A stretch of DNA of 64,000 nucleotides from Dehalococcoidia bacterium (GTDB lineage Bacteria; Chloroflexota; Dehalococcoidia; SM23-28-2; RBG-16-64-32). Below, in pieces: positions 26,354 to 35,479 of this stretch. Location: positions 1,065-65,064 of the forward strand of contig JBGPBZ010000001.1 in assembly GCA_041481535.1 (NCBI GenBank). The letters are read 5' to 3'. The translations under genes and the position numbers were made by a program. The stretch's first letter is position 1. Each line of letters starts with the position of its first letter. The notes beneath the pieces were generated by a model. That model ran no database searches and was not told the DNA's origin. It saw only the letters and a list, made by a program, of their open reading frames with translations.

Positions 26354-26452
26354 ATCGCCCGTCAATTAGGCTGACAGTTCCGCTATCAACTTTGCTGCGT
26401 GTAATCGTGGACATTTGTTCGGCGTCCTCGTACAATAACCGTGGATACGCGC

Positions 26453-27505
26453 ATGGCAAAGGACTATTACAGCACGCTCGGCGTCAAGAAGGGCGCCACC
26501 CCGAAGGAGATCAAGTCTGCCTTCCGGAAGCTGGCCCGCAAGCACCACCCGGACGTGAACCCGGGCGATAAGTCGGCGGAGGAGCGCTTCAAGGAGATCA
26601 ACGAGGCGCACGACGTCCTCTCCGACACCGACAAGCGAGCGAAGTACGACCGCTACGGCGAGAACTGGGAGCAGGCGGAGGCTTACGAGAAGGCGCGGGC
26701 GCAGTACGGCGCCGGCGGCCCCGGGGGTCACTCCGAGACGTTCACGTTCGACATCAACGATCTGCTCAGGCGCCAGGGCCAGGGTGGCGGGCGCACGCGG
26801 ACGGGCGGCGGCGGGTTCGACTTTAACGACGTGCTGGGCGGGATCTTCGGAGGCGGCGGTGGTGGCCGTCGTCAGGGGCCGATGCGCGGCCAGAACGTCG
26901 AGTACGAGACGGAGATCACGCTGGAAGAGGCGTACAACGGGACGACTCGCACGTTGCAGTTGCAGGGCGAGGAGCCCTGCCCGACCTGCGGAGGCGCCGG
27001 CCATATCGGCGATGCCGTTTGCCACACGTGCAGCGGCGTCGGCTCCGTGGCCCGCCCCAGGCGGATCGAGGTGAAGATACCGGCCGGCGCGCAGACGGGC
27101 ACTCGCGTGCGGATTGCGGGCGAGGGCAGCCCCGGCATGGGCGGCGGACCGCGCGGCGATCTTTATGTCGTGACGAACGTTCGGCCACACTCGAAGTTTG
27201 AGCGCAAGGGCGACGACTTGATCGAAGAGATCGCGGTGCCGGTGGAGGACGCGGTGCTCGGCGGCGAAGTCGAGGTGCCGACGATCGCGGGCAAGCGCGT
27301 GGCGATGAAGGTGCCGGCGATGACGCAGAGCGGGCGCCAGATCAAGCTGAAGGGCCTCGGGATGCCGAACCTGAACGGCCGCGACAAGGGCGACCTCGTT
27401 GCGCGCGTAAGGGTAGTGATCCCGGACGAGGTGTCGGAGGACGAGCGCGCGCTGTTCGAGGAGCTGCGGGAGATGCGGCGCAATGGGCATGAGGTGAAGT
27501 CATGA
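26453..27505 (+). CDS. dnaJ: Chaperone DnaJ (J domain, G-rich linker, reduced zinc finger, C-terminal domains)
   Basis: DYYSTLGV..KYHPD is the HPD J domain. Gly-rich region. Only two CxxCxGxG motifs are present (CPTCGGAG, CHTCSGVG). Confidence 0.85.
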   Translation: MAKDYYSTLGVKKGATPKEIKSAFRKLARKHHPDVNPGDKSAEERFKEINEAHDVLSDTDKRAKYDRYGENWEQAEAYEKARAQYGAGGPGGHSETFTFDINDLLRRQGQGGGRTRTGGGGFDFNDVLGGIFGGGGGGRRQGPMRGQNVEYETEITLEEAYNGTTRTLQLQGEEPCPTCGGAGHIGDAVCHTCSGVGSVARPRRIEVKIPAGAQTGTRVRIAGEGSPGMGGGPRGDLYVVTNVRPHSKFERKGDDLIEEIAVPVEDAVLGGEVEVPTIAGKRVAMKVPAMTQSGRQIKLKGLGMPNLNGRDKGDLVARVRVVIPDEVSEDERALFEELREMRRNGHEVKS

Positions 27506-28296
27506 AATACGACTACCTGACCAATGAGCTAACCGATTGGTACAAAATGGCACAAGAGCGCGACCGACTTGCCATCCAGCATTCCGAGTCGATCCTCGGG
27601 GCAGAAATGGCCGTGTTCGTTCAGGGGATGGGTCTCTCTCGGACGCTACTTGATTTCGTGTTGCATGGAGAAGGCCAAGTGCATGACGAAGCACTCAAGG
27701 CCAAGATGGGCGTCGCGGACAGAATGTTCCTACTGCTTTGGGCGTCTTGGCACGATACGTTGACGGGACGATACACCGCAGCCGCTGAGCATTGGCGCAG
27801 TTTACTTGAAGCGCCCAATTTCCTGCTCGCCTTTACCTGGGATCCATCATTAGCTGAGAGATGGATCAAAGGAGACGATGTCAAGTTCGAGAAGGTGCGG
27901 AAGGCAATTCGGAATGCGCTGAAGGACGAAGGCTCGAGCGACTTCGCCAGAGAATGGGACCAACGACACCTTCGAGACGACAGGGCTGTTCAAGCGTTTT
28001 CGCATACGAGCACAAAGGCCATCTACTCTATGCTCGCGACGGCGACAGACGAACGTGGGAATCTCGGGTATCAACTAAGGAGTGAACTCTCAGTTGATCG
28101 GACGAGAGAACTCTGCATCTTTCTAGCGAAGGATGCTTGGGAGCTAGCGCGCGCATGTGGGGCGGCCTTCTCAGACAACACCAAGGTAGCTGAACTCTGG
28201 GGAGGGCCCGGCAAGATATTGCTCGAAGAGAATATTGGAAGGCTCACGGACGCTCTATCGGAGTTGGAAGCGCCTAGTGCGGCGGTGAAGTCATGA
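27502..28296 (+). CDS. Hypothetical protein X1 (264 aa, all-alpha, low GC) inserted between dnaJ and hspR
   Basis: ATGA overlap with dnaJ at its start and with hspR at its stop. GC is about 52%, against about 67% for the flanks. No recognisable domain. Confidence 0.55.
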   Translation: MKYDYLTNELTDWYKMAQERDRLAIQHSESILGAEMAVFVQGMGLSRTLLDFVLHGEGQVHDEALKAKMGVADRMFLLLWASWHDTLTGRYTAAAEHWRSLLEAPNFLLAFTWDPSLAERWIKGDDVKFEKVRKAIRNALKDEGSSDFAREWDQRHLRDDRAVQAFSHTSTKAIYSMLATATDERGNLGYQLRSELSVDRTRELCIFLAKDAWELARACGAAFSDNTKVAELWGGPGKILLEENIGRLTDALSELEAPSAAVKS

Positions 28297-28646
28297 ACGA
28301 AAGACAAACGTACGACGAAGAAGTGCCGTGTTTCGTGATCAGCGTGGCGGCGCGGATGGTGGGGATGCACGCGCAGAGCCTGCGCAACTACGAGCGGATG
28401 GGGCTGATCCAGCCCGGGCGCTCGCAGGGGCGGGTGAGGCTGTACTCGCAGGCCGATATCGAGCGTCTACGGAACATCCAGCGCATGGTTCAGGACCTGG
28501 GTGTGAACCTTGCCGGGGTGGAAGTGATCATGAACATGCGCGAAAGCATGCGGCGAATGGAGCACGAGATGGACCGCCTGCGCGAGAAGCTGCAGGAGTA
28601 TCGGAACAGGACGCTGCCGGCGGTGAAGGGGCGGGCGACGGGATGA
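28293..28646 (+). CDS. hspR: MerR-family heat-shock repressor HspR
   Basis: N-terminal MerR HTH (CFVISVAARMVGMHAQSLRNYERMGL) followed by a coiled-coil. This is the typical position after dnaJ. Confidence 0.75.
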   Translation: MNERQTYDEEVPCFVISVAARMVGMHAQSLRNYERMGLIQPGRSQGRVRLYSQADIERLRNIQRMVQDLGVNLAGVEVIMNMRESMRRMEHEMDRLREKLQEYRNRTLPAVKGRATG

Positions 28647-29443
28647 AGAAGAACCCAGGACGTGAGATAACCAAGCGGATCGACGAACTAATCGGTCGGA
28701 TGAAGAGGTTCAACGTTTACGGGTCGCACCTTGCCTACTCGGATGCGGACGTCGAGATACTAAAGAACGACATTCGCGAATTCGCTCGAACGCTTCCAGA
28801 ATCGGAGACTGGCAAGATTCTCGAGATTCTGAGATACACCCACCTTCGGGGATCTCTCGCTCGAAGCTCTGACCACTTTTGGACTGACTACGGTCATTCT
28901 CTGACAACCCAATTCGAGCTCATCAAACATCGCATCGCAAGAGGCCAAGTGGCTCTTGAGGAGCCGAACCTCGACATCCTGATCGACCCCAAGACACCAC
29001 ACTCGGCGTATGTGGCGCTACGTCAAATAATCGAGACGGTTCAGAGCGACATCATGATGGTTGATGCCTGGATGGATCGGATTTTGTTCGACCTCCTAAC
29101 TAACCTAAAGAGTCCCTCACAGGTTCGATTTCTGACCCGGGCAGACTTCTTGCCGGGAGACTTCGCGATTGAAGCTAAGAAGTTTGGACAACAATACAAC
29201 CACAAAGTGGAAGTTCGCATTCACCCAGACGTGCATGATCGATACCTGCTCGTCGATGGGGCTGCGTTTGCGACCGGGGCATCATTCAAAGACTTCGGAC
29301 GAAAGATGTCATACGTCATGAAGGTTAAGGACATGGCCGCACCGACAATTTCCATGCTGGAGAAGAGATGGCAAGAGGCCTCACCCTCTAAGCGAGCCGC
29401 GCCGAATGCCGAACAGGCTAAGCAGAAAGTAGAACGGAAATGA
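28643..29443 (+). CDS. Hypothetical protein X2 with a C-terminal PLD-like (HKD-like) domain carrying H-D-R in place of H-x-K
   Basis: [21 protein letters not shown] aligns with the Nuc-type VHAKFMVIDDEWALIGSANF. GC is about 50%. There are 4-bp overlaps with hspR and clpB. Confidence 0.5.
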   Translation: MKKNPGREITKRIDELIGRMKRFNVYGSHLAYSDADVEILKNDIREFARTLPESETGKILEILRYTHLRGSLARSSDHFWTDYGHSLTTQFELIKHRIARGQVALEEPNLDILIDPKTPHSAYVALRQIIETVQSDIMMVDAWMDRILFDLLTNLKSPSQVRFLTRADFLPGDFAIEAKKFGQQYNHKVEVRIHPDVHDRYLLVDGAAFATGASFKDFGRKMSYVMKVKDMAAPTISMLEKRWQEASPSKRAAPNAEQAKQKVERK

Positions 29444-31917
29444 TGAGACAGGATAGGTTTACAGAGGGCGCGCAGGAAGTGCTGGCGGCGAGCCAGGAGC
29501 TCGTGCGCAAGGAACGCCACTCGCAGTGGGACGTGGAGCACGTGTTGCTGGCGCTGCTGCAGTACGACAAGGGCATCACGCCGGAGATCTTCGCCAAGCT
29601 GGGCGTCGATACGGAACGGCTGCGCGCGGCGGTGCGAGAGGCGCTCGACAGGTCGGGGAAGCTGCAGTACGAGGTGGTGCAGATTTTCACGACGCCGCGC
29701 ATTGTGAAGATGCTGGAAGCGGCGAACGCGGAGGCGGAGCGCCTGAAGGACGAGTACGTCGGCGTGGAGCACATGCTGGTCGCGATCACAGATGAGCGCG
29801 ACGGCGAGTCGGCGCGGATTCTGCGCGACTTCGGCATCGACAAAGAGAAGGTGTACCGCGCGCTGCAAGAGGTGCGCGGCGGCGCCAAGCTCGACAGCCC
29901 GACGGCGGAGTCGAAGTACAAGGCGCTCGACAAGTTCTCGATCGACCTGACGGAGGCGGCGCGGCAGGGCAAGCTCGACCCGGTGATTGGCCGCGACGAC
30001 GAGATCCGGCGCGTGATGCAGATCCTGAACCGGCGCACGAAGAACAACCCGGTGATCATCGGCGAAGCCGGCGTCGGCAAGACGGCGATCGCGGAAGGCC
30101 TGGCGCAGAAGATCGTGGCCGGAGACGTGCCGGAGAACCTGAAATCGAAGCGCGTGCTCGCGCTCGACATGGGCGCGATGGTCGCAGGCTCGAAGTTCCG
30201 CGGCGAGTTCGAGGAGCGCCTGAAGGCCGTGATGGACGAGATCAAGCGGGCGCGCGGCGAGATGATCATCTTCATCGACGAGATCCACCAGGTGATGGGC
30301 GCGGGCAGCGCTGAGGGATCGATCGACGCGTCGACGATGATGAAGCCGGCGCTGGCCCGCGGCGAGCTGCAGTGCATCGGCGCGACGACGCTGGACGAAT
30401 ACCGCAAATACATCGAAAGGGACGCCGCGCTCGAGCGGCGGTTCGCACCGGTGTACGTGGACGAGCCTTCGGAGGAAGAGGCGATCGCGATCCTGAAGGG
30501 GCTACGCCCGCGCTACGAGGCGCACCACAAGGTGAAGATCACCGACGAGGCGATCGAGGCGGCAGTGCAGCTTTCGTCGCGCTACCTGACCGAGCGCTAC
30601 CTGCCGGACAAGGCGATCGACCTGATCGACGAGGCCAGCTCCAAGCACGTGATCGACGCGCAGAGCATGCCTGCGAACGTCCGCGAGCTGCAGAAGCGGG
30701 TCGAGGAGCTGGAACGCGAGCAAGAGGCGGCGGCCGGGCGCGAAGACTGGGAGCAGTCGGCGAGCATCAAGCAATCGCTCGAAGGCGCGCGCTCGGAATT
30801 CGAGTCGGCGCGTGATGGGTGGCTAGCTGAGACGGGGCACGACGACATGACGGTGGACGAGCACGACATCGCGGAGCTGGTACACAAGATCACGGGCATC
30901 CCGGTGAGCCGGATGCTGGAAGGCGAGCCGGAGAAGCTGCTGCAGATGGAGGAGCGACTGCACGACCGCGTGATCGGGCAAGACCGGGCGATCGAGGCGG
31001 TGTCGGACGCGATTCGTCGCGCGCGGGCCGGACTGAAAGACCCGAACAGGCCGATCGGATCGTTCATCTTCCTCGGGCAGACGGGCGTCGGGAAGACCGA
31101 GCTGGCGAAGGCGCTGGCCGAGTTCATGTTCGACGACGAGGAAGCTATGATCCGTCTAGACATGAGCGAGTACCAGGAACGGCACACGGTGTCGCGGATG
31201 ATCGGCTCGCCACCCGGCTACGTCGGCTACGACGAAGGCGGCCAGCTGACCGAAGCGGTGCGCAGGCGGCCGTACCGGGTGATCCTGCTCGACGAGATCG
31301 AGAAGGCGAACCCGGAGGTGTTCAACGTCCTGTTGCAGATGCTCGACGACGGGCGCCTTACAGACGGGCACGGGCGCACGGTGGACTTCCGCAACACGGT
31401 TGTGATCATGACCTCGAACCTGGGGACGGAGGCGTTCCACAAGCCGCAACTCGGGTTCGGGCTGCCGACGAGCAAGCCGTCCGAGACGGAGCGCGACAAG
31501 CAGAAGGCCGAGATCGAGAAGGCGCTCCGCCAGACGTTCCGGCCGGAGTTGCTGAACCGCATCGACGACATCATCATCTTCGACCCGCTGACTGAGGACG
31601 ACCTGAAGCGCATCGTGGAGTTGCTGCTGAACGACGTGGCGGAACGCCTCGGCGACAAGCACGTCGAGTTGCAGCTGACCGACGCGGCGAAGGCGGCGCT
31701 GGTGCGCGAGGGCTACGACCCGGTGTACGGCGCGCGCCCGTTGCGCCGCGTGATCGAGCGCCGCATCGCGAACCCGCTTTCGAAGCGGATCCTCTCGGGC
31801 GAGTTCGCAGACGGCGACTCCGTGGAAGTGACGTACGCGGACGGAGAGTACGCGTTCGCGAAGAAGACGGCCGCCACGAACGGACGCAAGAAGGAGCGGG
31901 TGACGGTCGAGGCGTAA
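29440..31917 (+). CDS. clpB: Clp/Hsp100 ATPase, ClpB-like with an unusually short middle domain (825 aa)
   Basis: Two Clp_N repeats and two AAA+ modules (GEAGVGKTA and GQTGVGKTE). About 90 aa separate NBD1 from GIPVSRM, compared with about 150 aa in E. coli ClpB. Confidence 0.8.
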   Translation: MMRQDRFTEGAQEVLAASQELVRKERHSQWDVEHVLLALLQYDKGITPEIFAKLGVDTERLRAAVREALDRSGKLQYEVVQIFTTPRIVKMLEAANAEAERLKDEYVGVEHMLVAITDERDGESARILRDFGIDKEKVYRALQEVRGGAKLDSPTAESKYKALDKFSIDLTEAARQGKLDPVIGRDDEIRRVMQILNRRTKNNPVIIGEAGVGKTAIAEGLAQKIVAGDVPENLKSKRVLALDMGAMVAGSKFRGEFEERLKAVMDEIKRARGEMIIFIDEIHQVMGAGSAEGSIDASTMMKPALARGELQCIGATTLDEYRKYIERDAALERRFAPVYVDEPSEEEAIAILKGLRPRYEAHHKVKITDEAIEAAVQLSSRYLTERYLPDKAIDLIDEASSKHVIDAQSMPANVRELQKRVEELEREQEAAAGREDWEQSASIKQSLEGARSEFESARDGWLAETGHDDMTVDEHDIAELVHKITGIPVSRMLEGEPEKLLQMEERLHDRVIGQDRAIEAVSDAIRRARAGLKDPNRPIGSFIFLGQTGVGKTELAKALAEFMFDDEEAMIRLDMSEYQERHTVSRMIGSPPGYVGYDEGGQLTEAVRRRPYRVILLDEIEKANPEVFNVLLQMLDDGRLTDGHGRTVDFRNTVVIMTSNLGTEAFHKPQLGFGLPTSKPSETERDKQKAEIEKALRQTFRPELLNRIDDIIIFDPLTEDDLKRIVELLLNDVAERLGDKHVELQLTDAAKAALVREGYDPVYGARPLRRVIERRIANPLSKRILSGEFADGDSVEVTYADGEYAFAKKTAATNGRKKERVTVEA

Positions 31918-31966
31918 CGGAAACAGTAGAGAACGAGAGGCGCTCGCTTTCGCGAGCGTCTCTCGT

Positions 31967-32413
31967 CTAATCCTGTGTTAGTAGCAGATGAATCAGCGGA
32001 CGCTCTGACAATGGTTTGCCTCCGGGGAGCAATAGCACCAATTGATTGAGCTGTTCCTCTGGTGCGTTGCCTATTACGTCCAAGGCTATGGATCTTGCTG
32101 ATAGCCAAAGCGCAATCTTGTCGACGTTCTTCTCGTGGCCAGCCGCGATGCTGACTGTAAATTCGTAGAGTTCTTCGTCGTACGCGCACAACACTTGGCT
32201 GTTGGTCAGCAAGAAGACTATCGCTGCCGCCAGTCCCATTCGCTTGTTCCCATCCATGAACGGGTGATCGAGGATGATCGAACGCATGAGAACCGCGGCC
32301 TTGGCAAAGTCGCCGACATAGGCCTCCTCGCCAAATGCTGATTGTCGGGGGAGAGCGAGGACACCTTCGAGGACATCGCGACCGCGTTCGCCAAGCAACG
32401 ACAGGACGGGCAT
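31967..32413 (-). CDS. doc: Fic/Doc family toxin (death-on-curing)
   Basis: HPFMDGNKRMG is the Doc/Fic motif. GC is about 50%. Confidence 0.75.
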   Translation of the reverse strand: MPVLSLLGERGRDVLEGVLALPRQSAFGEEAYVGDFAKAAVLMRSIILDHPFMDGNKRMGLAAAIVFLLTNSQVLCAYDEELYEFTVSIAAGHEKNVDKIALWLSARSIALDVIGNAPEEQLNQLVLLLPGGKPLSERPLIHLLLTQD

Positions 32414-32499
32414 TGGGTCGTCTGGCTGAGAGAATACTTCGACTGCGAGTTCGTACGCGACTGTGTTCAGATCGTCGAAGGACAGGTAGTTAGTCGAGG

Positions 32500-32646
32500 C
32501 TAGTCCTTCTGGAGGCGCTCAAAGACTTTCTTGTGCGCCCGAGCAATCGCCTTCGAGGCGCCGCGAACAGTAGTAACTTCCCGGATCTTTTCCTGAGATA
32601 GCCGGTTCTTGGGTGCTTGCTTACGCGTCGATTTACTCGTGACCAT
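32500..32646 (-). CDS. Putative antitoxin (48 aa, basic; Phd/RHH-like) upstream of doc
   Basis: ATG at 32646. The product is MVTSKSTRKQAPKNRLSQEKIREVTTVRGASKAIARAHKKVFERLQKD. It sits 86 bp upstream of doc. Confidence 0.4.
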   Translation of the reverse strand: MVTSKSTRKQAPKNRLSQEKIREVTTVRGASKAIARAHKKVFERLQKD

Positions 32647-32667
32647 ATCTGTCAAATATTACCACGC

Positions 32668-33192
32668 CTACGGGCCCAACCCGCCGATCTTGTACTTGAC
32701 AGCGACGGAAATCGTGCCCGAGCCGGTGTTGACGAGGTCGATCGTATCGCACCCGATGGACTGTTCGCCGGACGGACCTTCGGCGACCTTCACATCCGAG
32801 CCGCTGCGTTCGATCTGCCACTGGAGGGTGACGTTAGCGGGCGGGTAGGGGTCCTGGACCTGCCAGGTGAAGTCGAACTGGAAGTTGTCGCAGGATGGCG
32901 TGCTCCCCGCCGCCTCGGCGATGGCCTGCGGGTCGAACGGATAGATTTCGCCGGGGCCGAGTTCGGCGGTGGCGTCGCCGCTTGTGATCAGCGTCACCGC
33001 TTCGTCCAGCGTAGGCTCGGCGGGCGCAGGGATGGGGCCCCCATTGGCGGTTGTCGGCTCAGCCGAGGCAGTTGGCGCGCCGGACTTCGTACCGATCGGG
33101 GAGATCGTACCGGACGGGGTGTCGTCGCCGCCGCAAGCGATCGCGAGCACGAGGGTGGAGAGCGCGAGGACGGCGAGGGCGGCGCGAATCAC
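32668..33192 (-). CDS. Hypothetical lipoprotein
   Basis: The signal peptide plus lipobox reads LVLAIAC-GGDD. The mature region is Pro/Thr/Ala-rich. Its start overlaps the stop of the translin-like gene. Confidence 0.55.
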   Translation of the reverse strand: MIRAALAVLALSTLVLAIACGGDDTPSGTISPIGTKSGAPTASAEPTTANGGPIPAPAEPTLDEAVTLITSGDATAELGPGEIYPFDPQAIAEAAGSTPSCDNFQFDFTWQVQDPYPPANVTLQWQIERSGSDVKVAEGPSGEQSIGCDTIDLVNTGSGTISVAVKYKIGGLGP

Positions 33193-33836
33193 TTCGGGAG
33201 GCGCTCTTCGAACTGCTGGAGGCGTTGCTCGAGCCGTCGCTGCATGTAGGAGGCGGTGAAGTCGCCGCGAGTGCGCTCGAGGATGCCACGCATGGCGTCA
33301 GCGGTGCGGCGGAGGCCGGCGGTGACGGCTTCGGGGTAGTCCATCGTGACGAGCGCGTCGTAGATGTCGCCCATCACCTGCAGCGATTCTTCGCAGTGCT
33401 CGATATCGCCCGCGCGCATTGAGTCGAGGAGGTGGCGGCGCAACTCGCCGACTGTCTCGCCGAGGCCGTTGAGGTAGGACGCCGCCATTACGCCGATGTC
33501 CTGCGGCGTCGGCAGGGAGCGCCCCGCGATCAGGGCGAGCGTGCAGTTCGCCTCGGCGTATTCCTTCTGGGAGTCGTGAACGAAGCCCGCGTAGTAGATG
33601 TCGCGGTGCTCGGCCAGCAGCTTTTCGACTTCGTCGAGGTTGGCTCGGCCTTTGCGGAGGAGCACCTCGGCTTCCTCGAAGTTGCGGCGGTGGACGTTGC
33701 GGATGGCGTTGGCGGAGAGGCGGATGACCTCGCGGGTGAGAGCGAGCGCGCCTTCGCGAGCCTTGTGCTTGGCGTCGAGGTAGGCGCGGACTTCGTCGGC
33801 TATTGCGTTGAGGCCGTCAGCGTTCATTGGGCGCAA
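33189..33836 (-). CDS. Translin-family (translin/TRAX-like) all-alpha protein
   Basis: The pattern IYYAGFVHD...EYAEANCTLALI...YLNGLGETVGELRRHLLDSMRAGD parallels the eukaryotic translin core (YYRFHEHW..YL.G..ELSRL..NSVTAGD). Confidence 0.45.
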   Translation of the reverse strand: MRPMNADGLNAIADEVRAYLDAKHKAREGALALTREVIRLSANAIRNVHRRNFEEAEVLLRKGRANLDEVEKLLAEHRDIYYAGFVHDSQKEYAEANCTLALIAGRSLPTPQDIGVMAASYLNGLGETVGELRRHLLDSMRAGDIEHCEESLQVMGDIYDALVTMDYPEAVTAGLRRTADAMRGILERTRGDFTASYMQRRLEQRLQQFEERLPK

Positions 33837-33864
33837 TCATAGCACCGCGCGTAGAGTGTTTCGC

Positions 33865-34203
33865 TTACAGGTCTTTCACCGGGTCGGGGAACTCCCCTTC
33901 GCGGGCGGCGTCGATCATCTTGCGCGCCTCTTGCGGCATGTCCATACCGAACTCGTCGAACTTGCGCTCGGCCCAGCGGCCGATCTGGCGCGGGTCTTTG
34001 TAGTCTTCGAGGCGGCTTGGCTCGGAGGAGTACCGCTCTGCGATGTCGCTCTTTGATTGATGGTGCGCGAACTTGGAGAAGACGCGCTCCAGTTTCTTCG
34101 AGCCGCAGTGCTTGCACTCGGCGGTCGTGGGCGCGTCGGCGCTGCGCGTGAAGACACTCGTGAGGCGGCTGCACTTGGCGCACTTGTATTCGTAGATGGG
34201 CAT
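33865..34203 (-). CDS. FmdB-family zinc-ribbon protein (paralog 1)
   Basis: MPIYEYKCAKC...CKHCGS is the CxxC...CxxC zinc ribbon with the family's N-terminal signature. Confidence 0.7.
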   Translation of the reverse strand: MPIYEYKCAKCSRLTSVFTRSADAPTTAECKHCGSKKLERVFSKFAHHQSKSDIAERYSSEPSRLEDYKDPRQIGRWAERKFDEFGMDMPQEARKMIDAAREGEFPDPVKDL

Positions 34204-34245
34204 GCGTCTAGATTAACAAACCTACAAACCGACGAACCCACAAAC

Positions 34246-34602
34246 CTACAGGTCGTCTCCGAACGAATCGGCGTCGCCGTCGTCATCGTCCGACATCTCG
34301 CCGGATTCCATGCGTTCGAGCTCGCCCTGCATGTCGGCGTCGAGTGGCTCACCCATCTCGCGGCTCATTTTGCGGACCCATTTGGCGACGGAACGCGGGT
34401 CGTTCTCGTCGACATCGCCGAGGCTGGATTCGGCGCCCTCGAGGCCGTCGCCACCGCGGAGGACGGCGATCCGGGAGAAGATGCGCTCGGTCTTCTTCGA
34501 GCCGCAGTGCTGGCAGGCGGGTTTGGCGACAGAGGTGACGCTGCGTACGAAGACGGACGTGCGCTTGCGGCAGCCGGCGCAGCGGAACTCGTAGATCGGC
34601 AC
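34246..34602 (-). CDS. FmdB-family zinc-ribbon protein (paralog 2, acidic C-terminal tail)
   Basis: MPIYEFRCAGC...CQHCGS followed by a DDDDGDADSFGDDL tail. Confidence 0.7.
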   Translation of the reverse strand: MPIYEFRCAGCRKRTSVFVRSVTSVAKPACQHCGSKKTERIFSRIAVLRGGDGLEGAESSLGDVDENDPRSVAKWVRKMSREMGEPLDADMQGELERMESGEMSDDDDGDADSFGDDL

Positions 34603-35360
34603 TACCAGCCCTCCCCGGCGCGCGTCTCTGCGATCTCCTCGCGGACCTCGCAGACCTTGAGATAGGGGCAGAAGCCGCAGTGCGGGGCGATCGTCGGTAG
34701 AAAGTCGTGCACGTCTTCCATCGCCTGGACGGTGGCGAGAAGCTCTTCGCGGGCGCGGCGCTTGTCATCGTCGGAGAAGTCCATCGTCCAGACGGAGCCG
34801 TCGTCGAGGTACCAGAATGACGCCTTCGAGACGCTGCGGCCGAGCTTGGCCTCCACGAGGAGAGCGTAGAAGATGAGTTGCTTCGGGTCGATCTCCTCGG
34901 GCTGGGTGCCGGTCTTGTAGTCGATGATATGCAGCGTGCCGTCCGGCTCTTCGTCCAGGCGGTCGAGGCGGCCGAAGAGCGTGACGCCGGGCTCGACCTC
35001 TTCCTGGAAATACGGCTCGACCATGAATGGGCGGGCGTCGATGTCGAACTTCAGCGTGAAGTTGTTGAGCTGGCGGAGCGAGGCTTCGTAGTGCTCCTCG
35101 ACGCCGGCGATGCGGTGGTAGTTCGGCGTGAGCGCCTGCCAGCCATCTTTGAACATGTCGAGGAGGCGGTCGTGGCTGCGCTCGTTCTCGGGAACCTTGG
35201 TGAAGAAGTCGCAGAGCACGCGGTGGACGAGGCTACCGGCCGTGTCTGCGGGCCGCAGGCGTGGCTTCACGCGGCCCTCGTCCTTGTTGACGTACTGGTA
35301 TCGGAAGCGGAGGCGGCAGGCTTCGAAGACGCGGACTTTGAGGGGCGAGACACGGGCCAT
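34602..35360 (-). CDS. PD-(D/E)XK nuclease, Cas4/RecB-like with a predicted Fe-S cluster
   Basis: GRLDRLD and IIDYKTG are the D and E-x-K catalytic motifs, and KQLIFYALL is the QxxxY motif. An N-terminal Cys plus the C-terminal CGFCPYLKVC form the cluster site. A TACAAT sits 7 nt upstream of the ATG at 35360, suggesting a leaderless mRNA. An alternative GTG start exists at 35387. Confidence 0.6.
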   Translation of the reverse strand: MARVSPLKVRVFEACRLRFRYQYVNKDEGRVKPRLRPADTAGSLVHRVLCDFFTKVPENERSHDRLLDMFKDGWQALTPNYHRIAGVEEHYEASLRQLNNFTLKFDIDARPFMVEPYFQEEVEPGVTLFGRLDRLDEEPDGTLHIIDYKTGTQPEEIDPKQLIFYALLVEAKLGRSVSKASFWYLDDGSVWTMDFSDDDKRRAREELLATVQAMEDVHDFLPTIAPHCGFCPYLKVCEVREEIAETRAGEGW

Positions 35361-35479
35361 CGGAGTAATTGTAGGTGCGGAACGCACGATTTTGTGAAAA
35401 CGTGACGCGGATAACTTCAGAGGCTGGCTACCTATGGTATTGTTTAGGCAATCGATCCCAGCATACCGGCGAGGGGTAT

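Noticed and set aside
26354-26452. HspR operator (HAIR, CTTGAGT-N7-ACTCAAG) or CIRCE element upstream of dnaJ
   Set aside because: I looked for the consensus and did not see it. Regulation of this operon by HspR is therefore inferred only from gene content.
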